From contig NC_057752.1 of assembly GCF_004010195.1 (NCBI RefSeq), forward strand, positions 9,596,377 through 9,630,154: DNA of 33,778 bases, given 5' to 3'. The notes beneath the pieces are model-generated. The model was not told the DNA's origin. It searched no databases and worked only from the letters and a program-made list of their open reading frames with translations. Shown piece after piece: positions 1-11,225 of this stretch. Origin of the DNA: Chiloscyllium plagiosum. Its lineage: Eukaryota. Position 1 is the first letter of the stretch; every line of letters begins with the position of its first letter. Both the position numbers and the translations under genes were made by a program.

Positions 1-460
1 AAGCAGCTTGTGGGGGGGCAGGGGAGGTTTAAGAGATTGTCACACATCTCCTCCTTGAATGTTCCTGTGTAAAGGAAGTCTGTAAAAAGATGCAGTGGTT
101 TTTGTCGAGATTCATCCTGAGCAACTCTGTGATGTGAGACTCTGTGCTCTTTGGTCTGTTCCCCGAGATGCACACAACATCAATTGCGCCTGGAGGACCA
201 TCAATTTGATGAAAGATGCTCTTTAGTCTTCCAATTTTGAGCAGACCAACAATAACAAGGAGTTGGCCCTAACTGAGTGACACATTCTAAGGTCCAGGAT
301 TATGTGCTGAGGAACACACTAAAGCTTGGGGCAGCTGTCACCAAGGCACAGTGGAGAAAGACCACTGTCTGAGGTCTTTCTGCTGAAGGTAAATAGGAGT
401 TAATTCAGCTATCGGACCTTTCTGATGCCTCAAATGCATGTAAATATGGTCTTAAGTAAG
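1..460 (+). mobile_element. Degenerate 3' end of an L1/Tx1-clade non-LTR retrotransposon (ORF2 C-terminal zinc-knuckle region plus 3' UTR)
   Basis: Broken reading frames give EIVTHLLLEC..KEV..KMQWFLSRFI, NINCAWRTIN.MKDAL and HSKVQDYVLRNTLKLGAAVTKAQWRKTTV*. These match the C-terminus of Tx1-type ORF2. Stops and frameshifts are present. Confidence 0.75.
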
Positions 461-699
461 AGGTGTCTTTGGTTTGTTTGGATAGAGTCAAATTCCAATG
501 TTTGTTTGTTTGTTTCCTTGATATGCTACTGTACTGAACTGCGTTTGTGACTATGTGTTAAGATATCTTTTAGAAATATAGTTTTGAAGTTTAAAACAAA
601 ATTACTCTGCTTTCTCCAAAGATGCTGCGAGACCTGCTGCGTTTCTCCAAAACTTTCTGGTTTGATTTCAGCAAAGCCAACCTTGCTTTCACAGCCTGG

Positions 700-1310
700 C
701 TGCTCGCTGAAGGGTGTTGAGGCCTCATTCGTTGCCTCCAACGCCGCTTTGTTCTGAGCTGATGGGTCTAGTGGAGGCGTTACCTCCAAATCCAGCCCGG
801 GACCAGGTGAACGCGGTTCAACTTGTTAAATAAACGGCGCCATCGATGGCCTCGGAGTTTAGGCTTGACCCCCTGAGGTTCGACCCGCATTTCCAACAAG
901 GCGGGTCTGCGTCCCAACCTCGACTTTCGCCGGGCCCGAAGGCCACAATTCTCGCTATCGCTTCCCCAGCACAGGATCAACCGCCAGACGCTGCTTTTGC
1001 CGCCTGAACGCAGAGAAAGTCGGTTTCCAAAGCCGAACTTTCCCCCAAATCACTAACTCACCGAGTCTCTGTCTCCGTGCTTCTCCGGCTCGAGCGGCGA
1101 CCGTCGAGGACACAGGTCAAAGGTTACAGACCCTAACACCCGCTCTCCTTGCTGCTGTATATTTTAATTTTTAGATTCGAGGCGGCTCACCGTCGTTTTC
1201 TCGACGGTAAGAAACACTGGACCGAGCCAGCGACACACACCTCCTGCAAATCAAGTTTTTAAAAAAATTCGTACGTCAGCAGCCGGATTGGCAAGTTTTT
1301 ATAGAGCCCA
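700..1310. promoter_or_regulatory. CpG island / promoter of a neighbouring gene (first exon(s) probably non-coding, minus strand, possibly bidirectional)
   Basis: CpG density rises sharply against a CpG-depleted background. Motifs: CRE-like TACGTCA (~1272), ATTGG/CCAAT box (~1287), TATAAAAA on minus (~1296-1303). Minus-strand donor consensus sites: G|GTGAG at ~1190, G|GTGAGT at ~1061, G|GTAAC at ~783. Confidence 0.7.
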
Positions 1311-1424
1311 GGACCCAATCTAGATAAATTCGAAAAGGACGGAATAACAAGACCGATGTTAGATTGAAGGCGCTGACTGGTAGATATATTTTTAAATCAA
1401 TATGTTCAGGCATACTTCTGGATC

Positions 1425-1980
1425 AGATGCTACTTGAACCTGGGTCACCTAGCTCAGACGCCATATTGGGAGTACCATGTATAATTCTGGTCGCCCTGTT
1501 ATAACAGCATGTTATTAAACTGGAAAGGATGTAAAAAGATTTAGCAGGATGTACTGGAGGTTTTGAGTAATAAGGAGAGGCTGGGACTTTTTTTCCCTGG
1601 AATGTAGGAAGCTCGGGGATGATCTTATAGAGGTTTATAAAATAATGACCGGTATAAATAAGATGAATAGCCAAGGCCTTTTCCTCAGGATAGAGGAGTC
1701 CAGAACTAGAGGGCATAGGTTTAAGGTGAAAGTGGAAAGATTTAAAAGGGACCTAAGGGGCAACTTCTTTCACACAGAGGGTGGTGCCGTGTATGGAATG
1801 AGCTGACAGAGGAAGTAGAAGCAAATACAATTACAACATTTAAAACATATTTGGACAGGTACATGAAAGGAAGGGTTTAGAGGGATATGGGCCAAATGTA
1901 GGCAAATAGGACTAGTTCAGTTTAGGAAACCTGGTCAGCATGGATGAGTTCGGCCAAAGGTCTGTTTCCATGCTGTATGA
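1425..1980 (+). mobile_element. CR1-clade LINE (HER1-like) 3' fragment
   Basis: Decayed RT C-terminus (..LEY..QFWSP..; SRTRGHRFKVK..RFKRDLRGNFF). It ends in the shark CR1 tail GGCCAAAGGTCTGTTTCCATGCTGTATGA. Confidence 0.85.
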
Positions 1981-2081
1981 ATCCAGAAACGCTACCACTG
2001 CACCATTCCATTTTAATGGAGTTGGTTGAAATAGGGGCTGAAGGGAGATTTATGTGGATCTGAAATGCTACTGTAGATGTG

Positions 2082-2165
2082 ACAGATGCTGCCACACCTG
2101 CTGAGTTTCTCCAGCAACTTCAGGTTTGTTTCAGATTTTCAGCATCTATGGTTCTTTGTTTTATA
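2082..2165 (+). repeat. Remnant of a short PLE-terminus-derived element (similar remnant at ~605-672)
   Basis: CAGATGCTGCC..ACCTGCTGAGTTTCTCCAGCA..TTTCAGATTTTCAGCATCT is shared with the short elements at 16207-16330, 16445-16589 and 26241-26390. Confidence 0.6.
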
Positions 2166-2366
2166 ATTAATAAAGAGATAATAACTGGTGGCTTGAAACA
2201 TTTTATTGCATTAAAAATCATTTTTCTTTATCTTCAGTGATGTCAAAGCAAACTACTAAATGTAATCATCCCAAACTGTAGTTTCATGATGCTGAAAAAT
2301 TAATTGTGGAAAAAGTAGATTTTAAACACTTTTAAATCAACTCATGTCCCATACTGATGTTCAGAA

Positions 2367-2653
2367 ATGATTAGATTACCTTACAGTGTGGAAACAGGCC
2401 CTTCGACAAGTTCACACCGACCCGCCGAAGTGCAACCCACCCATACCCCTACATTAACCCCTTACCTAACACTCGGGCTATTTTGCCTGGCCAATTCACC
2501 TTACCTGCACATCTTTGGACTGTGGGAGGAAACCGGAGCACCCGGAGGAAACCCACGCAGACACAGGGAGAACGTGCAAACTCCACACAGTCAGTCGCCT
2601 GAGGCGGGAATTGAACCTCTGGCACTGTGAGGCAGCAGTGCCACCATGCCGCC
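2367..2653 (-). mobile_element. HE1-type tRNA-derived V-SINE
   Basis: The reverse complement has a GGCGGCA start, a GGTTCAATTCCC B box, the V-domain GTGTGGAGTTTGCACGTTCTCCC..GGGTTTCCTCCGGGTGCTCCGG and a CR1-like tail. It is homologous to 19221-19536. Confidence 0.9.
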
Positions 2654-3419
2654 TATGCTTATACATAGTTTTTCGATTTGCCCAGGTCTGTCATCAGTCA
2701 TGGTTCAAAGGATTCCTCTGCACTGCTGCCAATGACGGACTAGTCCAGCTTTGGCCAAATTCATCAGGAGATCATTAGGGTTCGACCAACATATCATGGG
2801 TAAGGATCCATGAAGGATGGAAATGCTGCACAGACTGAGGGCTTGAAATGAATTCGTTCAGTGAGAAGAAATGGAAGTAGCAATGATCTTGAAGAAAAAC
2901 AGGAGAATCAACTCACCTCAAAGCCCCCTTTCTGTACAGGATTCAATTTGAAGTGCACACATCCTGTGTTCCAGAGTGTAGTTGTCACGTCCAATCGCAA
3001 AAATAAGGCTCCTAATGGGCTTGAAAACTATTTAATAGTAAACTGGTGGCTAACACAAACAAAACTGCTTTGCACATCCACTCAGCAATCAGTAGAGAAC
3101 AGGCCAGGGTCCTGAGAAATATATAGGAGAGGTTGTGGTTTTATTCAAGATGACAGAGCACGAGGCTCATCAACCACCATTTATATTTGCTCAATTAGTT
3201 TGCAGAAGATATTTATTGAATTTTCATACTACTTTCATGACGAAGCTGGAATCTGAGAACATATGACAAAATCATAGATTTTATCTTAGACGTGTATGCC
3301 ATTTCTGTGCAGAGATGGAGTCACCAAGTGTTGTCGACTGACATGCATCTTAACCCAATGTGCCATGTTTCTCCCATAAAATAACATTCAAAATGTTGAG
3401 TCTTAGATTTCTCTTGTTC

Positions 3420-6400
3420 CTCAGTATAATGTGACTTTATTGAACTCACAATATATTCTACAGTTGCACTTGCATTACAACACCCGTCACAGCATGATTC
3501 AGAGAGGTCCTCTCGTTTAAAAGCTTTTTAGAAAGGTTGTTGGTCCTAAAAATATATAGAAACGAATGAACTTTCAGTCACAAAAAAAAACTGTACATTA
3601 TAAAACAGTTCTCAACGGCAAAGGTGGTCATATAAAAGGGTGTTCCTTTACGTAAAAGGAATAAGGAATGGGTTCTTCCATATGCGGACCAGTTAGGTTT
3701 GTGTGACTGATCCTCGTGACTTAATTTCCACGTTGACTCAAATTATTGTTTTTGAATATTGTTTTTTGATGGGTTTTGTCTGTGTGGGTTGGTAGTGTTT
3801 GATAATGGGATATTCTGTCCCTTTTGCCCCTCCCACTTTGTTTCATCAGTGTCGTGTACACCAGAGGTGAAACAAAAGCTGCTGCTGGGTGTAATTGTGT
3901 AATAGACATAATGTGGAAGGCTATGTGCATGAGAACAGGTGACTGTACTTGTGTATGTGCATGTGTGAGTATGAGAGAGAGATAGTGGATGGGTGTGTGT
4001 GTGAGAAAGTGTGTGGAATGGGTGGGGGGGGTATGTGTATATATGTCCGTATGTATGTATGTGCGGTATATTTCTATTTCTAAAAACACTGGGATCCGTT
4101 CAGTCCTTGACTAAAGTGTTCACATATGTTGACAAGTTCATCTGGGGCCCCAATTCACCTCTGCCATATTCACCAGCACCCTCAAGGAGAGAGTTAATGC
4201 TTCTTGAATATTACCTGATATTTATTACATGTTCAACTTTCATCATACCTGCACATATGGGAGCGAGAGGCAAAGAAAACATTTCTCGTACTCTTGTTAA
4301 AATTAGAGACACAGTTTCCTGCATACACTCTCTCAGTCTACGATACCTAGTGTAGAGTGGGATGGGACTTTAAATAAAGCTTCCATTGCAACTGAGCATG
4401 TTACAACATGCTTTGTGAGGTTTAACATCTCAGATTATTTTGGCTTTTCCAGGGCTGTATCATACTGGTTAAAGTTCCCTCATCTACAAATAATTCATAA
4501 ATTCTAAGTATTGTTTGTAACCACACTTGTTTTAGGTGAAATTTGTGCTCATCAATTTGATAGTTTGAGAAAATGGAAAAATTTGCACCAATTTGTTTCA
4601 TTCCGACCTCACAGAGAAAGAAAGAAAGAAAGAATTATATCTTACAGTGTGTCTAAAAATGCATCCCTTCCTCAGTACCACACAGAAGTTTCAATAACCT
4701 CTGTCCATCTCTCTCAATCTATTGCCAACCCTAACTGAGTTCACTGGGACATGTGGCAAGTTTCCAGTGAGATTCCCAATTTAGGAACTTGCTGGTGTGA
4801 ATTACAAGCTAAATGGCACTTGAAATATCCCAATAATTGGAACCACCACAGATTTCAGTTGAGATCAGGACCATTGATTGATAATTGTTTGAAATCAGAA
4901 CAGAGGGAAAGGAGCCTGTAACGAGACATGATCCATTCATCAGGGCTACCTCAAAGCTGTTACAGATATTTTCTGTGATTGATCACCCCTCCCTTTGGCA
5001 CCTCTGGAAAGAAGAGGTAAGCAGATGGGAGGGAAATTTTCTGGAGACATGAGTCTCATTTCTGTTGGCATTCAATGGGTGGAGGGAGTGAAGTCCTAGA
5101 CGGGATAGTGAGGTGACAGTCCCAAAAGAATATTGCATTATTATTCCACTGAGAGCCTGCTAGATTTCCAACTGGAACATGGAAGAGAGTCTCAACCAAT
5201 ACATTTTAGCCTAACCTCAGAAGCATATCCCTTACACCAGGAGAATCTTTCACATGAACTAAGTGGATCCTCCCAGTAAGATTGCCAATTCTGTGCCGTG
5301 GGCCTATGTCTGTTGGAAACTTAATTGAATCATTTCTTTTGGACCTTATCAACAAGTATGTTTGGGGTGGATTTGCACATTAATCATGAGAGGTGAAAAG
5401 CTAAAAGTTGATCACGCTGCATCCCTCCTTTAATCAGATCTATTTCTGTTAGAGAGACTTGATCTTTGATCTTAGCTATCAGATTGACTTGGCATTTTAA
5501 ACATTTTCAGCTGCAATCCAGCCATGTACGAACACAAACATGATTGTTTTCCTTGTCTCCATCTTAAACCAATGCAACGTCCAATCACCACAATCATCTG
5601 TTGTTGTGTGTGTGTCAGACACAAGCATATTTCAGGTAGAATCTTAGAATTGTTCACTAAAACACACCTACTCAAAAGCAGCAAGCGCAATCACATCTAT
5701 TTTGTAATGTAAGCCAGACTATGTTTAGCCATCCACCTGGAGCAGTCTGAAAAAACCTGCATGAAATTTACTGCACACATGCACTCTTCCTTTTATTAAA
5801 TCTATTTACCTTCCCAACAATCTGTCAGTCACACGAGATTTGACGTGAATGCTGTGTTTGGAATGTAGCCACACTTTGTACTTTACTGTGACCTGTACTC
5901 TGAGGAGCACAAGAGGGCCCGAATTTGTAAGTTTGGGGTGAGGGGGAACATTGTAGTGAAAGTCAATAATATTGAGGCATTGAGGGGGCATTGGACATTG
6001 TAGTGAAAGACAAGAACGTGAATTTCAATGGACTCTATATTTCCAACTTGGAGCAAGAGCTATGACATTCATATTCATCCTTGGGGGGAAAAAAAATTAT
6101 TGCTATATTGCTGCAGATGATGCTTTGTAAATCTTTAACTACGCTTCAGGAATGGTTACAGTTGGCCCAAGATTTCTAGAACTGGAATTACTAAATGGCA
6201 TTGTGCTGTCTGGACTGGGAACTTATCACTCCAGATTTCACCTTCGCCGCTGCCCCCCGCCTCCCAAACAAAAGTTCTGGAGCTCAGTGCAAAATTTAAA
6301 AAAACAATATAAATAATATTATTTACTAAATGTCACAAATATAAATAGATATTAGTGAAATCTGGACGTGATGGGTAATTTCGTCCCTTACAGCTCGTTG

Positions 6401-7333
6401 TACTGGTTATGTCACTTGTGTGTGATGTTGTCTGCCTCATTGCTGAGGGAGGTTGATGCAGGGAGAGAGGGTCAGAACAGAAGAAAAACTCACAAAATGT
6501 TTGGAATGCTGTTTTTAAGATGAACATTTCTGTGGCTGCTCCTTTTCATAGAGGTGGAATGCTGCTTTTGTGACCTTGGGCAACATAAGAGCTAAACTCT
6601 GTGTATGGCACCTCACCGTTGGCTGTCACTGTATTGTTCATCTGATTTGTCACCTCTATCAGCCCCTACGTTTACTTAAAGGAGAAAGCTTTGTCCTGGC
6701 CAATTCAAAAGCTCATACAGTTCAGACCAGATGAGTGCTGACCTGCAACATTCCTAAAACAGACACGTCATTGCCATGAGTCAGCACAGTAAACATTTCA
6801 ATGGGGAAATAAATAATTCTCTGGGCTGAGTACTGAAACAATTTAGTGAAAGCTCAGGTGTCACTGTAAGAGCATGAGAATGCAGGTTTAAGTCCCACTC
6901 TGTGTTAGTTGATGAACATGTAACATAATTAACCTGTGCCTTTCCCAGTTTGAAATAGCTTTACTCCAATTGTTCTCACCCCTCTTGAAATGAATGATGA
7001 AGTGCAGTAACTGGCAGCAAAGTCTAATGGTATCAAGCAGTCTATTGAGCACCCCTTGTTGTGATGTCCATTCCCCACATATTCAACCTCGGCATCTAAA
7101 AGCTAAGACTGACACATTAAGGATAGGGTTTATTTTTAAATACTGTGGATTAATTTCCACCATTGAGCCATATGAAACTGTCAAAACCTATTTCATTTCC
7201 AGTCCTGAGCAGCCAACAGCCAGAGATGGCTTTTGACAATTCACACCAAGCTCATATTTTACACAGAGCTTCGGAGGAGCAATGTTTCTGGGCCTTATCT
7301 TGAACTCCATTGCCCCAATTTTCTGATGACTGT
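3420..7333 (-). other. BAZ2A: Probable long 3' UTR of BAZ2A, with candidate poly(A) signal AATAAA at 3441-3436
   Basis: Follows the stop codon. It is almost free of young transposons, unlike the introns. A U-rich tract and TGTACAG lie near the distal end, then AATAAA on minus. The true 3' end needs RNA data. Confidence 0.5.
3950..4070. repeat. Degenerate (GT)n/(GA)n low-complexity tract
   Basis: Interrupted GTGT, GAGA and GTAT runs are seen directly. Confidence 0.7.
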
Positions 7334-7487
7334 CTAGCTTGAATGGTAAAACTCGGCCCATCGACTCTCAAAGAATTTCCTCATTATGTATCCTGCTCGT
7401 CCGACTTCCGAGTCATCCTCATTAAAGGTCATACAGTTATCAAACACCAGCGTAGTGTCTTCAGCAAACTCCTCACAAGTCAAGTAT
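7334..7487 (-). CDS. BAZ2A: BAZ2A terminal coding exon: second half of bromodomain, stop TAG
   Basis: Acceptor tttctctgaacAG. Translates (K)YLTCEEFAEDTTLVFDNCMTFNEDDSEVGRAGYIMRKFFESRWAEFYHSS*. The acetyl-lysine-binding Asn (TFN) is conserved. EEFA, SEVG and FFESRW.EFY are BAZ2A-like rather than BAZ2B-like. Not listed in the ORF track. Confidence 0.96.
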
Positions 7488-8148
7488 CTGTTCAGAGAAA
7501 TCATTTCAAAATATTTAGTGACTTTGAAAAATATCTCTCAGCAAACTCCACTGTTCTCATTATTCTACTTGTCAGTGCTGTGTATTTCACAGTTCAGTAT
7601 GCAAATCCACTATGCAGTGTGCTACAGTGCCACACAAACCAGAAAAGTGCTGCTTCAATCTCTGGTCAAAAGGTCAGTTAGCTACATCTTGAGAAACCAA
7701 CTGGCTTCAGTGTCACTAAACCAGGGAGGGAGGGAGAATGAGGGTTCTACCAATGGTCCCTGCTGAAATTTGGCTGTGTGCACACACCATGCACATGGAG
7801 TCACTGATATGGACCTAACAGTGAGCAGATGAGTAGTCGGCCATAACAGCATGGCACCAAACATAACCATGTCCTCATCAGATGTCTACAAGCAAGCAAT
7901 TTGGAGAGAGCCAGTTGCATAGTGATCTAGAGTGAGAACAGTGACCTTTTGAGACGTGTGTGTTGTTAAGTCCCATATTAAACTCTGAATTAGACAGCAA
8001 TCTGTAGACTCCAAGACAGTTTACTCATATTTAATGTAATAAGTGCTGGTCACATCTGGTGAACAATAAAATAAAATCTTCTAGTGTGATTTGGAGTGAT
8101 TCAGGCCACATGTGTCCCACTTGATAGGCCCCTGTCTCTAACGGACAT

Positions 8149-8843
8149 TAAAAAAAGAAAGATCTACATTTATAAAGAGCTTTTCATGACCACCTGATAT
8201 CTCAAAGCACTTAACAGCCAATGAAATAAAAACAAAAAACTGCGGATGCTGGATGAAGGGTTTTGATGAATGGTCACTGGACATGAAATGTGCACAGGAA
8301 CACACAAAATGGACAAATGGAAGTTGGCTCCCCTGTCCCGGTACAGGCCCCCCACACCCAATGTCAATGCACAGAGAACGCGATGGTGCCATTAGCACAG
8401 GCATAGTTGCTCCCTGAGACCTGTCTTGTTGTGGCCAGTTGACATCATGGGCTGCATTTGTGCAATGCAGTGGCAATTTTGGTGTAATGGATAATGACTG
8501 CACATTTTAAACTATTGTAAAGTAGGAAGAGTGGAAGTCAAATTTTCACAGACAACCATATAGTCATGGCCAGATAGTCAGTTTTTGTCATGTTGATTGT
8601 GGGATAAATATTGATCAGGAGGCCATGGAGAACTTATCTGCTTTTCTTTGAAATGGTGCCATAGGATGTAATATTCACCTGAGCAAGTAAATGGGCCTTA
8701 ATTTAACATCTGTTGAAAGATAGGACTTACATCAAGTGCAACACTGCCACAGGACTGGATTTTTGGTGCTCAAGTCCTCGAATGAGACTTGAACCTAGAG
8801 CTTTGTGACTCAGAAGCAAGTGTGCAAACAACTGAGCCAAGGC
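8149..8843 (-). mobile_element. DeuSINE (SacSINE1-like), interrupted by a ~280 bp insertion at ~8226-8505
   Basis: tRNA-like head (GGTTCAAGTC on minus at ~8790). Deu-domain motifs GGGATAAATATTG and GGTGCCATAGGAT..TTCACCTGAG. 3' end CAAAGCACTTAACAGCCAATGAA with an A-rich tail. Homologous to the copies at 16123 and 17850/20486. Confidence 0.75.
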
Positions 8844-9106
8844 ACATTTGAGAAGTGCATTAAAGCATTCCATATGTTCATTAAGAAAGGTCCATGCCAT
8901 TAGTGGTCATTAAAGCAGGAAATCCTCCTCTTCCCTGATCATAATGATCTGGTCCAGTGCCAGTGCATTCTGCTCAATTCCCACCCACAAACACAGATGA
9001 CATAAAGCATGAGTTTTCTTCCTCTTAAAACCTTCTGCCTTGACTCCTTTATATTTGACTGTTCCTCTCTTTAACTGTCAACAATCATTGCGATAATGAT
9101 ACTTAC

Positions 9107-9250
9107 TTCCCACTAATCAACTTTCTCCTGATGGTGGAAAAGTCCATGGGCCTTTTGATGATTTTCCTATAGCCAGGCACCAGCCTTGGGTTCACAGGAT
9201 GCAGGAAGGGCCAGGCATCCTCGTGGGCTTCCATTTCCATGAGGATAACC
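9107..9250 (-). CDS. BAZ2A: BAZ2A exon: first half of bromodomain
   Basis: AG/GTAAGT sites, phase 2-2. Translates (E)VILMEMEAHEDAWPFLHPVNPRLVPGYRKIIKRPMDFSTIRRKLISG(K), with WPF shelf and PMDF motif. Confidence 0.97.
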
Positions 9251-9478
9251 CTGTAGAGTACAATTCCCAACATTAGACTTGAATCATGTCAGAGATTTGA
9301 TGCAGCATTTAATGCAGCATTGTCACATGTGACAATGAGGGGTGGGTTGGAAATTCCCATCTGTCAGCTTAGGATCTTGGAATTGAGGGCATGTCAGTCA
9401 GGAAGGACTCTCCATCTCCATCTCTTAACCCAAAGCCAGACAGAAAGTCACACCATGCCTCAGTCACACATACAACAG

Positions 9479-9682
9479 GGTGGAAGTGGGCACTGCAGAT
9501 TAGAGTCAAGATTCGAGTGGTGCTGGAAAAGCTCAACAGGTCAGGCAGCATCCGAGGAGCAGGAAAATCAACGTTTCAGGCAAAAGCCTCATGAAGGGTT
9601 TTTGCCTGAAACGTCAATTGTCCTGCTCCTTGGATGCTGCCTGACCTGCTGTGCTTTTCCAGCACCACTCTAATCTTGACTC
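9479..9682. mobile_element. Short palindromic non-autonomous element made of two inverted PLE termini
   Basis: 9503-9682 is an inverted repeat (GAGTCAAGATT.GAGTGGTGCTGGAAAAG ... CTTTTCCAGCACCACTCTAATCTTGACTC) centred on TCATGA. The arms match the Neptune-type PLE terminus at 20371-20455. Flanked by ACAACAG at 9472-9478 and 9685-9691. Confidence 0.85.
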
Positions 9683-9769
9683 ACACAACAGTCAATTATA
9701 GAAAGCTAGTGATTGTTAATTCATGGTTTTGGTAGACTCTTGACGAAGTTCACCATTTGAAATTATCAA

Positions 9770-9960
9770 AATAATCCTGATTTGTGCTGAATACTGATCA
9801 CAAATAATCACAGATACAGCTGGCCTCGGTGTTAGGAGGGGATGTATAAATATCAGCCAGGGTTCCAAGTGCTGACTGATGGAAACTTGATGATGATGCC
9901 TTTTATAGTTCAATAGGCACTTGTTGTCTATATTCATGCATGAAGAATAACCACTAAAGT
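9770..9960 (+). repeat. Old, diverged SINE-like dispersed repeat (related copies ~7690-7900, ~10800-11010, ~15145-15300)
   Basis: Degenerate blocks recur between these loci: TGGCCTCRGTG, TCAGCCAGGGTTCC, GTCAAATAGCC..CACTCACTGT..ATGAAGAAT.GCCACT. The family was not identified by name. Confidence 0.45.
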
Positions 9961-10145
9961 GAAACAGTAGAAGGTGTCTATTGTTGGGGAGTTGTAGGCC
10001 AACAAGACATCTTTAAGAGAGGATAAAACTGGAAGAGGAAAATCAACATTCTTTCACTGACATCCTGGAACAGAAAAATGGAATTAGTAAAAGCCAGCAC
10101 AAAGTAAACAGCCTTGTTCAGGGAACACACACTACTGGCTCTTAC

Positions 10146-10375
10146 TCGCATAACATGAGGTCACTGGATTGGTCTCGGTTTGATATTTTCTTCCTCTTGG
10201 CAGCTGGAGATCCCCCTCGCATTGAACACTTTCTTCTGCGTTTCTTCATATATTTTCTAGGACAATGTGGGTCAAAATACTCAAAGTCATTGGCTTTGTT
10301 TGTGAAATGCCTCCTGTTTCTTCTCTGTTTGCTTTCTCTCTGGGATGCCCCACTCCTGACAGACTGGTTACTTGC
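10146..10375 (-). CDS. BAZ2A: BAZ2A exon: basic PHD-bromodomain linker
   Basis: Acceptor ttctttttttccAG, donor GTAAG, phase 0-2. Translates ASNQSVRSG...SPAAKRKKISNRDQSSDLMLC(E). It ends in the SDL..C start of bromodomain helix Z. Confidence 0.93.
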
Positions 10376-11225
10376 CTGGAAAAAAGAAACAAAGTTGGTC
10401 ACAGTGCTCCCACAGCCCAGCTCCAGTGAGCAGCTGCAGAGATAATTGTGCACATACCTGAACGTGTTACCTGATGGATCGTGTAGAGATGAGAATGGGA
10501 CTGGTTATCCTGGCTGTTCACACTTTATCTTTAAGTGCTCACAATATTAAAAGGTGTCTGAATGCCTTCTTGATCTGCGTTTCGTCTCATGGGGAGAAAA
10601 ATATCAAGTAGTTTCCCACAAAAAATGTAACCCAGTGGGAAGGCTCAAGAGCTGGGCGCAAACTGAAGGCAGTCTCATCAAAAGTCAACTGAGTTCTTGT
10701 TAGTCTAAGTGAGGGTTTGCCTCAACAGTACCATTTGTTTCAGTTCTCCAACTGCAAATATTTGAAAACATTGGTGTGGTAGCTGAGAGGTGTGGGAAGC
10801 TTGGAGTGAATTAACTGGAAGACAATTGTAAGGAAGAGCAATCATTATTCATCTCTTGTCTAATGGTTCTTATTGGAAAATTTGCATGTGATGCTTTGGG
10901 CAAGGTCAGGCCTGATATGGATTTTCTCTGGGGTCAAATAGCCAGTGACCCTCACTGTTCAGGTTCCTGACTGAAGAATGGGCACTTGACCAACGGACTG
11001 GAGATGACTGTTAGGAGGTGGGAGGATGACAAGAAATTAATTCTTGCTGGGTAGGGGAGCAAATTGCATTCTCTGGGCTAGGTGTGTGTACTATGTTAGA
11101 TACAACAGCAATAAGTGAGTATTGTAATGTTAGGTGTTTATTTCAGAAAGAATTTACTAAATGACAGTATCTGACCCTGAGAACCAGTTCAGAATCGCAA
11201 TCCTGTCAAACCGTAAGCTCCTTAC

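Noticed and set aside
2693..2767. TGATGA...CTGA spacing on minus resembling a C/D box snoRNA
   Set aside because: The C box lacks the leading purine, there is no terminal stem, I recognise no rRNA or snRNA guide complement, and it is not in an evident intron.
526..8503. Many short ORFs in the supplied track (e.g. 3721-4089, 4011-4355, 7343-7681, 7386-7766, 8138-8503)
   Set aside because: No recognisable domains. They fall in UTR, low-complexity or repeat DNA, or are antisense shadows of BAZ2A exons.
9503..9682. Interpretation of the palindromes as DNA-transposon MITEs
   Set aside because: The arms match the PLE terminus at 20371-20455, and TSD lengths vary between copies. This fits retrotransposition rather than a DDE transposase.
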